Source: Methanomassiliicoccaceae archaeon (GTDB taxonomy: Archaea; Thermoplasmatota; Thermoplasmata; Methanomassiliicoccales; Methanomassiliicoccaceae). From it: a stretch of DNA of 64,000 bases. Below are positions 42,523 to 54,181 of this stretch, piece by piece (position 1 is the stretch's first letter; each line of letters starts with the position of its first letter). The stretch covers positions 256,001-320,000 of the forward strand of contig CAVSJV010000005.1 in the NCBI GenBank assembly GCA_963728405.1, given 5' to 3'. A program made the translations under genes and the position numbers. The notes below the pieces were generated by a model that saw nothing but the letters and a program-made list of their open reading frames with translations, was not told where the DNA came from and ran no database searches.

Positions 42523-44521
42523 TCACACATAGGCGGTGATACTGCCGCTGTTGTAGACCTGGTCCCAATCGGACCCGGAGAGCTCGGTCCGGGGGTCATA
42601 ATCCAGGCGATAGGGCAGAGCAAAAACGCGGATGGGCTCTTGAGCGATCTCACTTCGAATAACGATCATGGACCCATCTCTGGTAAAATTATGCTCCAGC
42701 AGCTTTTGGTCTAAGGACTCGATCCGTCCTACGTCCACCCCATGGTAATTGATGAAAACGCTGCTGCTAACTGTCGGTCGAATAGTCAAAGTCCGAGGCA
42801 AAGGGTCCATCCCAGGTCTGAGCGAGGAAGGACCCTCCGCTTAGTTCCGATTGAGTGAAGGCGAAACGGATCCCTGTGCTCGGGAACAGGTCATGGTTAT
42901 CTATGCTGCCGCTGGGGCTCGCCATGGCCAGGAACGTCACGGAAGAGACTACGATAATGATCAAGGCTCCGGAGATCGCCCTGGAACCGAGCTTGACGAA
43001 GAGGGCGATAAGGCCAAAGGCCATCGGTACTGCTATGATGACCTCCGTCATGTAGAACCAACGAGCATCCAGGCCCGTCAGGGCGAAGGCGAGAGAGACG
43101 AATCCCGCCGCCAGCGGTATCAATGAAATGACGACGATGATCAGCCTGTTCAGATTACGATACCTTTTAGAGATCAAGTAGAAACATCCGATCAGGGCGA
43201 GCGAAAAGAAGACGAACATACCCAGGTACCGGAGCGATTGCTCGACGAGCGGAACATCATACACATAGTTGGATACGGTCGATGGCACGTTGGAAAGATA
43301 CTCGATCTGAAAGCCTCCGAAGATCTGGGTCCCGATATAGATGATCTGATTGCCCACATAGGTCCACCATCCGAACATGAAGACGGAGAAGAACAGGGCC
43401 AATAGGAGGGACACCGATGGCTTCGCCCCCCTGAAGATCATAAGCCGGTAGGACCATTCCACTGCCCAAATGGCGAAAAGGAGTATCGACAACCCCATCG
43501 CCACCACTGGATGGGTCAATATCAGGGCGGTCATCAGGAGGACAGCGAGCAGGAGGCTGGTCAAGCCTCTCTCCTTTCTTATCTTCAGCAGCAGGTATAG
43601 TATTATAGGGACGGTGAGGACCGCTAGGGTGTTCGGTACTGCCCAGATGCCGAAGTAGATATGGTAAGGTGCCACAGACAGGAGGAGGGCCGCCATCAGT
43701 CCGACCCTATCATTGAACAGGAACCTGCCGAAGAGGAACACCGAGAGCGGGGGAAGAACAATCTCGGTGAAAGTTATGATGAGCGCGGAGGAGGTCTTGT
43801 AATCAAGACCACCTATCAACGAGCCAATGGCAATGGCGATCTGGAACAAAGGGGTCGTCGAGTAGTCAACACCGGAGGTAAGGAAACCGTTGAATACGAT
43901 CCCCCTCACAAGGCCCTGGTGGATGGCCGGGTCGATCCCGACCACATCGGGGAACATGAATATCTGTGTTAACTCTATGCTGAAGCCCAATATCAGCACC
44001 TGAAGGATCATCAGCAAGAGATATTTGCGACTGAGAGGGGTGACCAAAACCTCTATTGCGACTATCCCGGCCATGATCGAGGTCAAAACGAAATATAGAA
44101 TGGGGCGTGAGTACGGCTCCGGCCTGAGGTAGTAGATCGCGATCGTTACGAGGAAGATAACAAAAAACAAAGTACCTAGCGCGTAGACCAACGATCTTTT
44201 TTGGACGAACCGCGCTTCCTCTACCATTCTGCCTCTTCGTAGAAGGAACCACGAGGTGCAGGTAATGGCCAGCAATACGCCGAAGACGGCATACACGGGC
44301 CTCCTGAGCACCACAACTGAGAAGACGGTCAGGAGCAAGGCCACTACCAGTCCTACTAGGGCCAGGACCTTGTCGAGGTTCATCTCGATGATAAGGTCCC
44401 TCATCCTTCTTGTGAGATTGATAATAATGGCCCTCCGCCCTCCTTTTGGAGCCAATGGCTCGCTATGAGTGTCCTCTCCCCACCGTTCGATCTTCCCCAT
44501 TCCTCTAGGGTCAGGTTCCAA
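42523..44521 (-). CDS. Polytopic membrane protein (about 13-15 TM; GT-C/polymerase-like), C-terminus frameshifted ~42772
   Basis: Many TMs, loop G.DP..H, LILTHP, ARW, AFTQSEL; adjacent frame ends ...QVYNSGSITAYV. Confidence 0.7.
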
Positions 44522-44872
44522 TGGGGCCTTTTATTCATCTGCCATCCTGCCCTACGAGCGGGTCAATGCTTCTCTATGATGTAAATGCCCGGGGCCAGTC
44601 GCCCGACATCATATATGGGCACCTTTTTCCCCGGATCGGACATGTTTCCTTCGATTCGATGAATGATGAAAGCAGGGACTATTTAGATATTAACGGAAAT
44701 AACATGTTCATAATTTTAGCCGGCCATTGGAAACCCCATGCCCTTTTCGATCTAGTTGTGGCTTGGCGGCCTCGCCATGGGCGCTAGGTGGGAAACCAAT
44801 CATTAGGGATCTGAATAGCCTCCGACTCCGATAAAAATTATATACCTGGTCCTCCGGGTCATTGACGATCTG

Positions 44873-46072
44873 ATGGTGTCGGCGGTGGATCCACTTTTCA
44901 TCGTTTGCTTCGGTTCGGAGCCTTGGCACGGCCTGTGGCAGAGACATCAACAGTTGATGTCACGGCTAGCTGAGAGAGGACACCGAATAGTCTATGTCGA
45001 TCCCACGAACCTTCTACCCGCCCTCAGGAACCGGGAGATCAGATCTCAGAGGATCGAGAAGGTAGATGAGAACATCATCGTGGTCAGACCATTGTTCATG
45101 CCATTGCATTACCGGCTCACCATCCTGGAGAAGGTGGACAGCCTGGTCACCACTCGCCTGATCAACAAGGCCCTTCATGAGCTGGGATCAACAGAGCCAA
45201 ATGTTCTCTGGGTATACTCTCCGTACTCCAACTTCATGTTAGGGAAATGGCCGACCTCATCCCTGGTCTACGATTGTGTGGATGCTTGTGACGGGGTGTT
45301 CTCGAAGGACCGTTCCAATGATCCGGCAATAAACTGGTTACTCAAGAGAGAGGGTGATCTGATTGGGGAGGCGGACGCGGTCTTTGCTGTTTCCAAAGGC
45401 CTATTGGAGCGGAGCGCCCATAGCAATGACAATTCCCATCTCATCTCGAACGGGACCTCTATGCTCTCCACCAATGGCGAGGTACCGGTCGATATCAAGG
45501 CTATAAAAAGGCCCGTCATCGGCTACCTGGGGCGTTTAGGGGATTGGGTCGATTACGATCTACTGTCGAGGCTCGCCCAAGCTCGGCCCGAATACTCCAT
45601 CGTTCTAATCGGGCCGGTGGATTGCAAGGATGATCGGATCAAGAAGTTGGCCGAGGCGAGCAATGTGCACTTCCTGGGTACGAAGGAGTATGCCCTCGTA
45701 CCCAACTACATCGAGGCCTTCGATGTGTGCACCATTCCGTTCAAGCTCCAGACCTTGACCAACCTGGCCAATCCGGTCAAGCTGTTCGAGTATGCTTCCT
45801 TGGGCAAGCCTATCGTGACCACGCCTCTTGACGGGGTGCTTGAGTTCTCTGACCTAGTATATGTCTCCGATGGTACGAACGAAGGCTTCATCGGAGAGAT
45901 CGATTCGGCCGTGGCTGAAGATGATGCTGCTCTACGGGACCGGAGGAGATCAATGGCGAGGGAACACGATTGGGACTCCTTGGCCGAGAAGATAGAGACG
46001 ATTTTGAAGGGATTGCCTCAAGTTCATAGGACCATGACGACCAAAGGCCCGGGCTTATACGCCTCTCATTAG
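44873..46072 (+). CDS. Glycosyltransferase (GT4, TuaH-like)
   Basis: W..LWQRHQQL, VYDCVD, ISNG, IGYLG, FDV..IPF, NPVKLFEY...GKPIV. Confidence 0.9.
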   Translation: MVSAVDPLFIVCFGSEPWHGLWQRHQQLMSRLAERGHRIVYVDPTNLLPALRNREIRSQRIEKVDENIIVVRPLFMPLHYRLTILEKVDSLVTTRLINKALHELGSTEPNVLWVYSPYSNFMLGKWPTSSLVYDCVDACDGVFSKDRSNDPAINWLLKREGDLIGEADAVFAVSKGLLERSAHSNDNSHLISNGTSMLSTNGEVPVDIKAIKRPVIGYLGRLGDWVDYDLLSRLAQARPEYSIVLIGPVDCKDDRIKKLAEASNVHFLGTKEYALVPNYIEAFDVCTIPFKLQTLTNLANPVKLFEYASLGKPIVTTPLDGVLEFSDLVYVSDGTNEGFIGEIDSAVAEDDAALRDRRRSMAREHDWDSLAEKIETILKGLPQVHRTMTTKGPGLYASH

Positions 46073-46132
46073 TTTTCATCGGTGGTCGAATGGTGGGGCC
46101 ATATAACCTCTGAGCTCAATTGTATACATCAC

Positions 46133-47068
46133 ATGGTCAAATTTGTACCCGCACATCGACGTCTGCCATTGGTCGGCCCCCTCATCGATCGGATCGAGAT
46201 ATCTAGAACCGCGTTTCGAAAATATCGGCCTGAAGATGTCCCTTATTCATTCTCTGGGAATGTGCTGGAGATATCCACCAATATCGGATGCAGGGTCAAT
46301 TGCCATTATTGCCCCCAACAATTGATCATCGAGAGGTACCTGGCAACGGGGAACCAGCCTCCGATGAAGATGAGTCTGGAAACCTTTGAGAATTGTATCA
46401 GGACCGTCCCGCCAGATACGAGCATCACATTCAGTGGCTTCTCCGAGCCGTTCCTTAATCCGGATACTTCGAACATGATAATGAGGGCTGACAGCAAGGG
46501 CCATCAGATGGCGGTGTACACCACATTGGTCGGTCTCGACCTGGGAGCCTACCAGAAGATCCGATCGATACCCTTCAAGGAATTCGTGGTTCATCTGCCG
46601 GATATGGAACAGACGAGCAATATCCCGATAACGGCCGAGTATCTGGAATTGCTCGAAGCCATCGCCAGCAACCCTCCATCGGGGCTCAGGTTCTGTATCC
46701 TTGGCCGTAATCTCGACCCAAGAATATCTGGCATCCTGTCCCCCCGAGGGTTCACCGTGGTCATTATCCAGGTGACCGACAGAGTTGGCAATCTTACGAT
46801 CGATGATGGGGGCATATCAAAGCCTCACCTTAAGAATGGAAGGATCGAGGCCCTCTGCAGGCACAGGGTCAATGTGCTCCTGCCCGACGGCCGGGTCCAT
46901 CTCTGCTTCAACGACTTTGGATTGAAGTATGAACTGGGCGATCTGAATGGCGGTGAATATAGGGACCTGTTCATCTCCCCTCAGTTCAGATCGATAGAAA
47001 GGTCCCTGACGGATGCACAGATCGATTCCAATTGCCGACATTGCATCTTCTCGGTGCGGATTAAATGA
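46133..47068 (+). CDS. Radical SAM protein with Twitch/SPASM-like C-terminus
   Basis: CRVNCHYC, FSGFSEP, C...V.LPDG.V.LC..D...LG...CRHC. Confidence 0.88.
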   Translation: MVKFVPAHRRLPLVGPLIDRIEISRTAFRKYRPEDVPYSFSGNVLEISTNIGCRVNCHYCPQQLIIERYLATGNQPPMKMSLETFENCIRTVPPDTSITFSGFSEPFLNPDTSNMIMRADSKGHQMAVYTTLVGLDLGAYQKIRSIPFKEFVVHLPDMEQTSNIPITAEYLELLEAIASNPPSGLRFCILGRNLDPRISGILSPRGFTVVIIQVTDRVGNLTIDDGGISKPHLKNGRIEALCRHRVNVLLPDGRVHLCFNDFGLKYELGDLNGGEYRDLFISPQFRSIERSLTDAQIDSNCRHCIFSVRIK

Positions 47069-47182
47069 ACACTAGGCCAAGCGGGAGTCTGGAGGATATC
47101 TGCTTTTGAATGCTGGTGGGCCATCCATTGACCGATCCCTGTACGGCTTGTGCATGCCATACCGAATATGAGGTGACTGTCT

Positions 47183-48122
47183 TCACATCCATCTCTCGAG
47201 TACCCCCGATATGGCACCCATGGTCTCTCCCAGCATGATGGAGAATATGGCCAGGGGCCCATTAAGAAACGTCATGTAGCACATATGTCTTCAGACTCAC
47301 CAGCATTCCGTATCTGATGACATAGTAGAGGGTGGCCAATCCCATCATAAGCAAACCGAGGGGCGCATCCGCGATCGTTATTATGATAAGGATGGCTACC
47401 AACGAGGTGAGGAGGGCGGCCTTATGCGTTCGCCCCTTGGAGTTCAGATTATTGGCGATCATGTCCCATTTGCTGTAGTTGAAGTACTGTTTGTAAACGC
47501 CTTTTGGGTTCGCTCTTGTCTTGGCCAAGACTATGGCGTCCTCCGCCATCTTGAACTTACACCCCGCGGCCTTGAGATTATGGTCGAACGTGGTATCCTC
47601 GGCGATCTGAAGGTCCTCCGGATAGCCGCCCACCTTCTGCCATGCGCTTTTCCTGAACGCAATGCTCCGGCTCGATGGCATTATCACATCATCTATCATG
47701 GGCATCCTTTTGGAGATGATCCGAGCAACCGCCTTTTCGAAGTGTGTGTCGCCAGTGTATCGGTATGAGCCGCAGGAGACATCCACCGTCCTATCCTCCT
47801 CTAACGGAGCGATGATATATTCCAACCAGGTTTTTTCCAGCACGCACCCTGCATCGGTCGAGGCGATGATGTCATACTTCGAGTTCCTGACCGCGGTATT
47901 CCTGCCCCGGGAGATGTTCGCCCCCTCCTCCACGATCAGCCGGAACGGCGCTCCCTTCTCAATGTAGGACCTGATAATCTCCTGAGTACGGTCCGTCGAC
48001 CCGCCATCGACGATGACGATGTCATCGGACGGTTTTGTTTGAGCTAGGAACGAATCCAGGAGCGTTCTTATGGAGCCCTCCTCGTTCTTGACGGTGCAGA
48101 TAAGAGATGCCCTAATCGCCAA
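47183..48122 (-). CDS. Glycosyltransferase family 2 with C-terminal TMs (likely frameshift ~47283)
   Basis: VKNEE, VDGGSTD, GRN, TDAG, GGY...AED; hydrophobic continuation in adjacent frame to a stop at 47183. Confidence 0.88.
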
Positions 48123-49168
48123 AGTTTACACCCCAGAGGCGAAGATATGTATCGGTAACATTCTTCCAAGTGTTGTCCTTCGAAAAAGCATAGCCCCTCT
48201 CCAGCTTTCTCACGCTCTTGGACCGGTCTACGTAATGGTCCGCTATGCTCTCAGCCAGGCCTTCTGGCGACGATGAGATGTTCATCATGTCTTCAGCACC
48301 TGGCATCAGTCTCAGGTAATCGCGCTTGAGATCGTTGTCATAGGTGGCGAACACCAACCTCTTCCTCGCCATTGCCTCCAATATCGAAAGATAACCTGAG
48401 ACAAAGGCGAAATGTCTCTTCTCAGCGACCTTCCACGGGTTTTCCACCCACCCATGGACATTGATTCGCAGGCCATGTGCCCTTGACATTTTCTCGACCC
48501 AATCCCTAAGGCTCCCATCTCCATAGATGTCGACTTCAAGTTCGATGTCCTTTTCAACCTTCAGGATCCTGACCGCTTCAATGTAGGTACTGTATCCCGG
48601 TGTCCGGCTCCAAGCGCCCTATGAACGCCGCCCCTGGGCCCATCTCGCCCTCCTTAGGGGCCTCATCTGTTCCCCCATACAGGATGAAGTCCTCCTTGGT
48701 TCCGTACCATTTCGGTATGAAATCGCCTATGCATATGTTGCCCTTGGTCAGGAACGCTGTCAATCTTCTTTGCATTATGATGTTACGAGGAATGGGCAGG
48801 ATACCTTCATGCCCATGGAATGTTACATAGATGGGCTTCCATGGATAGATGAACCTGAACGGCAAGACCAGATTGATGAACGAAGAATAATCATGACAGT
48901 GCACCACATCGTTGTCCTTCAATAGGCCCCGGTTTTTCATGAGAAAGGATCTTCCCTGAGATAGGCGCCGGCCTGGAAAACGCAGTATCTTGACCCCATT
49001 TCGATACTCCATGGCCGGAAGTGCATCCTCATGCCTGGTTGTGAGGATGGTGACATCATGCCCCTGACTAGTAAGCTCTTCCGAAACTCTCTTGGTATGA
49101 TTCTCCACCCCCCCTAGATGGGGCCAATAGAGAGGAGTGACCATCAAGACCCTCAAAGAATCACCCAC
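48112..49168 (-). CDS. Glycosyltransferase family 4 (frameshift ~48591)
   Basis: P.LGGVE.H, VHCHD, TFHG, FIGRLE.DTG, then YGDGSL, GYLSILEAMA. Confidence 0.85.
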
Positions 49169-50204
49169 TCGTCCTCGACCTCTCGACCAATTTGATGAAA
49201 TCCTCCCGAGAGCTCTTGTAGAATGCTTCGCAGTATCTTATCCCATTTCCAGCGGTCAAGGATCTGAAGGCATTCAGTCCAACGATCTTCTCCGTATAGT
49301 CGATGATCTCGATCTGAGATCGATGTTTGCCGATGGCCTCGACCTTTTTCTCCATCTCATCAGTTATGTCCACGAGCGTATTGGGAGTAAGTGCGCTCCA
49401 CACCTCATAGCAATAGCAATCTGTATCTTCGGTATAGCTCTTGAGCGCGGCCGCCACCATTTGTGTGGTGCAGATATGATCTGGGTGATTGTCAAGCGGA
49501 TTTGGGGTAAAAATGGCATCTGGCCCGTATTCCTCTATGAGGCGCAATGTTCGCTCAATCGATTCCTTGTTGGCTTTCAAACCAGAGTCGGGATAATCCA
49601 TGAACACGTTATCCCCACAGCCGAGGGCCCTCAATCCTTCAATGCCCTCTTTCTTTCTCTCAATGACCATCTCCTCGGCTGAAAACCGTGGGTTGCCGTT
49701 CCTTCCATCGGTCACATAGGCGACCTTGATCGAGGAGCCCTCCGTTGCATACTTGGCAATGGTGCCTCCACAACCCAATACCTCATCGTCCGGATGGGGG
49801 GCAAATATCAATATCCTCTTTTTCTTGGCTCCCTCAGGTGCCTCTAGCTTAGGATAGCTGACAGCTCCCGATGAAACTCCGATGACGGATCGGAATATGT
49901 CCCTTGCAGGGACTCTTCGATGAAAGGCCATGACCATGATGGTTCGATACCTTCGAATAACTGGATCGAGGACCTCGCCAATCGTCTTTTTTCCGTCTGA
50001 TGTTCCGTGAGCGATCTCGTCGTTTATCGTCTGTCTCCCTCCAAGGGCATCTTTAATGGCTCGATGGAGCCGATATCTTCCTACAGGGGATGACTGGTAT
50101 TCCATCCTCTTCAATAGGTAGGTCCGACCATTTAGTGGGTCCGTTCCTCTTCGCAACATTGTGGGGCAAATGAGGTCAATGTCGTTCTGACCGAACGAGG
50201 TCAT
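49161..50204 (-). CDS. PIG-L/LmbE family de-N-acetylase (true start probably ~49939)
   Basis: APHPDDE..GCGG, VTDG, R..E, HPDH, YEVW, K..AI..H.SQ. Confidence 0.92.
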   Translation of the reverse strand: MTSFGQNDIDLICPTMLRRGTDPLNGRTYLLKRMEYQSSPVGRYRLHRAIKDALGGRQTINDEIAHGTSDGKKTIGEVLDPVIRRYRTIMVMAFHRRVPARDIFRSVIGVSSGAVSYPKLEAPEGAKKKRILIFAPHPDDEVLGCGGTIAKYATEGSSIKVAYVTDGRNGNPRFSAEEMVIERKKEGIEGLRALGCGDNVFMDYPDSGLKANKESIERTLRLIEEYGPDAIFTPNPLDNHPDHICTTQMVAAALKSYTEDTDCYCYEVWSALTPNTLVDITDEMEKKVEAIGKHRSQIEIIDYTEKIVGLNAFRSLTAGNGIRYCEAFYKSSREDFIKLVERSRTSG

Positions 50205-50639
50205 AGTTGCAGACTGCCCATCACTATGCTAACCCGGGGGCCACATTTCTCAGGTTGATCGTTTTCTGATTGATCGGAAACGGGCCAACCATGTCTCATT
50301 GGTACCTTTTTTAACCACGTTAATCTGCTTGGGCCTCACCTCCCTAGCAGTACGCGAGGGGTGTTTCGGGAATCATTTAAAAAGAACTCCAGATGGAGCA
50401 AGATAAATGTTTCGTTGGAATGGGCCTTGCTAGCAGTGTTGCTTAGACCACCTTTAGGTCTGATCGATGCTCTACCGCCACGGTCTCCAACATCGTTCGA
50501 ACGTAGCCGATGAACTTCGCCGGGGTATCGGTCGCTGTCCAGCATCCGTTTTAGCAAGCTATGGTTATGGGCCATTTGAATAATCCCCGTCCCGAATTCC
50601 TGGACCGCTCGAAAACTTTTTTCGGGGTTGACCGAGCAT

Positions 50640-51743
50640 TCATTCATATATGTTCTTGAACAATTTTTCTTTGACCCCGAAAATGGAATCGATGCGCTTC
50701 ATCGTTCCGGAGTCCGCAATGCGGGAGAGGTGCGCGATCATCCCCCTTTTTGCCTGCAGCCCTTCCAGTGGTACGGTCCGTTCTCCCATGCGCCGTTTAT
50801 ATGGTTCTGACCCCGCGCCCAGGTCGATCGCCCTACAGCCCTTGGACCTAAGGTCCTCCATGGTCAAGGTCAGCGCGAGCGAGCCAGGCGAATACCATTC
50901 GTAGGCATCGTCCATGCCCATCAAGTAGGATATGGCCAATTCGTTCTCTACGAAACCGAAGGTCTGGGCGGCCACTCGATCATCGATCAGCAGCTCGTAG
51001 GCATATCCAAAGTTTTGAGATAAGGACAATTTTAAGACATGTTTGAGGAACTGGATATTGACCGGATTATGGAAGATGCTTCCTCCCTTTCTCTTCCATC
51101 GTTCCTTGTGCATCGTAGCGTACACATCGACCGCTTTATCCACATCATCTTTATTAACCGGTCTCAATGATACTTGGTTCTCTTTCTGTAGCTCTCTCAT
51201 CCTACTATTGATATGCTCCCTGGAACGTTTTTGGAAGTTAGCAGTTATATCCCCGGACGGAGGAAAAGAACAGTAGGTCGTGTTCATAGTCGGGTATTCC
51301 AGCCAATTCGAGGTGGTTCTGAAGTGGTCCATGAATCGTCTCACCTGTGGGGCGTACTTCATGTAATTGGTCCGCAGGATATTCCAGTCAATGCCCGAAA
51401 CCTCGGCCGTTATCCTATCGACCACATCGTTTCGGTCCGGCCCCGTGAGTATGCTGACCTCATTGTACCCGAACCTACCTCCTTCGCCCACCAGAGAAAG
51501 TGTTTTAACAGGTATGCCCGCGGTACGACTAGATCTGAGATAGAGAGGGGCTGCCCCAACCAGATCACCCCCTTCCTCGACCAGGATGATGCGGGGGGAA
51601 GCGAAATCGTGGAAAACCTCCAGCCAGGCCTTTGAGAGGCCATAGGTAGAATAGATGGGCCCCTGGCAAGACGTACGCAAGGCCTCCCAGCGTTCCTCAT
51701 AATCATCCAACTCATCGAGAGCTGTGATGCAGGTACAATGCAT
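50640..51743 (-). CDS. CelD/BcsL-like (FemAB-related) GNAT acyltransferase, paralog 1
   Basis: W..L, LVGAAPL, MH..RW...G, L.IDD.V.A..FGF, YSPG, IDLG.G.E.YK.R. Confidence 0.85.
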   Translation of the reverse strand: MHCTCITALDELDDYEERWEALRTSCQGPIYSTYGLSKAWLEVFHDFASPRIILVEEGGDLVGAAPLYLRSSRTAGIPVKTLSLVGEGGRFGYNEVSILTGPDRNDVVDRITAEVSGIDWNILRTNYMKYAPQVRRFMDHFRTTSNWLEYPTMNTTYCSFPPSGDITANFQKRSREHINSRMRELQKENQVSLRPVNKDDVDKAVDVYATMHKERWKRKGGSIFHNPVNIQFLKHVLKLSLSQNFGYAYELLIDDRVAAQTFGFVENELAISYLMGMDDAYEWYSPGSLALTLTMEDLRSKGCRAIDLGAGSEPYKRRMGERTVPLEGLQAKRGMIAHLSRIADSGTMKRIDSIFGVKEKLFKNIYE

Positions 51744-52022
51744 ATGTCCTCCTCATATTATTTAGATCCACATCATACTAATACCTTGTTTTTAGTGAGC
51801 CCAATAATTAATGATCGGATCATCTCCGAGAGGCAGAAAAGAGAGTCCGTCTGTGGTCCCCACTCGCTCGCTGCCGAATACATGGGCTGGTCAATCAACA
51901 AACGGGGGATAGGGGGGTCTGACCCGCCGCCCCCACGTCGATCAAATGAAAAGGGTGCGCTCAATTCTCATAATCCATAGGGCCGCTCCGATTGTTCCCC
52001 ATACTGGTATCTCGACCCTTCC

Positions 52023-52622
52023 TCAATGGTCCGCGCTATTCTTTTCGAACAATTTTTTGGTCCCAAAGATATTGATGAAGAGGACGGTGGATTCGTTGGA
52101 GAATCCGATTGATTCAAGGGCCTTGCTTGAGGCCAGGTTCAATTTATGCGTATAAGCTGAAATGTATCTACCGCCTTGATTGGCATTCCTCGCGATCCTG
52201 CTGCCCCGCTCGATGAGCAAACGGTAAATTCCATTCCTCCTGAACTGAGGTTCCACGAACGCTTCGAACAGGTACCATCCATCAAAGTGAACGGTCCGGT
52301 CAAATTCATCGAGGTACTTGTCCCCGAACCAGAAACGGGCATGCCCAACGTCCTTACCTTCTGAATTGCAATAGACGTAATAGTGCTTGATCCCCTTATC
52401 CATATCTTCCGGGGCGGTCACATCCATACACCGGATTTCATAGGGCCGCCCATTCGGAAGCACACCCCTCTTGGGCATGACCGAAGGGTTTTCCGGTAGG
52501 GCCATTCGATAGAATGTTGCCCAAGTGGAGGTGATTCCTGGCAATGGAAACTCAATGACCATATGTTGCATCAGATCTGAGAACCTATACAGCATATCAG
52601 ACCGCGATCGTTTCAGTTTCAT
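52023..52622 (-). CDS. GNAT-like protein
   Basis: YLFEAFV.PQFRRNGIY motif A; N.ASSKALE.IGF motif B. Confidence 0.72.
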   Translation of the reverse strand: MKLKRSRSDMLYRFSDLMQHMVIEFPLPGITSTWATFYRMALPENPSVMPKRGVLPNGRPYEIRCMDVTAPEDMDKGIKHYYVYCNSEGKDVGHARFWFGDKYLDEFDRTVHFDGWYLFEAFVEPQFRRNGIYRLLIERGSRIARNANQGGRYISAYTHKLNLASSKALESIGFSNESTVLFINIFGTKKLFEKNSADH

Positions 52623-52969
52623 CAGGGTTTACTATGAATATATGGTGACCTTAACGCCCAACCGACCCAGCGGCGGTTTTTTCAAAATATAACGCGATTT
52701 TGTTGGGGGTCGACAAATGCTCCACCTTCCCATCATCATGATGTGAAAATACCTTAGAGAATCCCCATATGGGCATGGAATGGGGCGATCAGGGACTGTT
52801 AAGGACAACAAGAACAAGTGTCGACAATTAATCTGATGGCCGGCATTGACTAACGAAATGGGAGGTTGGTCGGGCCCCCGACCTAAGCCGATGGTTCACC
52901 ACCGCCCCCGTCCTAACCTATTCCGCTCCTGTCCGGCCCTTTGCTCCCTTCAGTTAATGCCAAGAGGGT

Positions 52970-54073
52970 TTATTCATAGATGTCATTGAACAGCCGGCCC
53001 TTGAGCCCAAATGCCGAATCGATGCGTCGGGCCGCCCAGGAGTTGGCAACATTGGAGAGGAAGGAGACCATGCCTCTTTTTGCCTGCAATCCGATCATCG
53101 GAATCTGATAGCCCCCCATATGCTGCTTGTACCCTTCCATTCCTGCACCCGTGTCCACGGCCCTGACCCCCTTGGTCCGGAGGTCGTCCATGGCATACGT
53201 CATCATCAGTAGGCCGGGAGAGTACTTGGCAAAGTCGTTGTTCATGCCCATCATGTACCCCCGTGCAAAATCACCCTCTAAGAATCCGAAGGTCTGGGCG
53301 GCCACCTGGTCATCGATCAACAGCTCGTAGGCAAACCCAAAATGCTTGTTCAAGGATACCTGTAGCACGCGTTTCAGGAATTCGAAGTTCTTACGCTCGT
53401 TGAAGATACTGCCCCCCCTCTCCTGCCAACGGCCGATGTGTTGTTCACCATATATCTCGATGGCCCGATCCAGATCATCCACCGGGATGGGCCTTAGCTT
53501 GACCCGATCCGCCTTTTCCAGATTGTTCATTCGATTATGGATATTGCTTCGAGTCTTTTTCCCGAAGCCCCCCAGGATGTCGCCGGACTCAGGGAATGGA
53601 TAGATGGTCATGGCCACTGGAGCAATCTCCTGTGTGTTCCAGCTCGATTTTAGCCGGTCCACCATCAGGCGGTTGTACCAATTATCCTCCATGTAGCTGG
53701 TCTGCATTATATTCCAATCTAGTTTCCCCGTTTCCACCACTATGCGATCGAGAACTTCTGGACGTGAAGGTTCGAAAAGGACCCTGAGGTTATTAAAGCC
53801 TAAATCGCCCCCCTGGCCTACGTAGGAGAGGATGCTGATCGATATGGCCGAGGTGCGATGGCGCTTAAGGTATAATTGTGCCATTCCGACCAGGTCGCCT
53901 TGGTCCTCGACGGCCAGTATCTGAGGGGTTAGATCCTTGCCGTACGCCTCTAGCCATAGGGTTGCAAGATCAAAGGAAGTGTATATCGGCCCAACACATT
54001 TTTTACGCAAGGCCTCCCAGCGCTCCTCATAATCGGCCAGTTCATCGAGCGATTCTATGCAGACACATCTCAC
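52970..54073 (-). CDS. CelD/BcsL-like GNAT acyltransferase, paralog 2
   Basis: Same length (367 aa) and collinear with 50640-51743 (YELLIDD.VAAQTFGF, SPG, LQAKRGM, IYE*). Confidence 0.85.
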   Translation of the reverse strand: MRCVCIESLDELADYEERWEALRKKCVGPIYTSFDLATLWLEAYGKDLTPQILAVEDQGDLVGMAQLYLKRHRTSAISISILSYVGQGGDLGFNNLRVLFEPSRPEVLDRIVVETGKLDWNIMQTSYMEDNWYNRLMVDRLKSSWNTQEIAPVAMTIYPFPESGDILGGFGKKTRSNIHNRMNNLEKADRVKLRPIPVDDLDRAIEIYGEQHIGRWQERGGSIFNERKNFEFLKRVLQVSLNKHFGFAYELLIDDQVAAQTFGFLEGDFARGYMMGMNNDFAKYSPGLLMMTYAMDDLRTKGVRAVDTGAGMEGYKQHMGGYQIPMIGLQAKRGMVSFLSNVANSWAARRIDSAFGLKGRLFNDIYE

Positions 54074-54181
54074 CGGCTTACACCACCATCTTTACTGAAA
54101 GGTATCCAACATAAACCCAGTGGTCGGCAATCGATTGTTTGGATGGCCCGTTCAGCGATGACCAGACCCCTTGCGGGGAAC

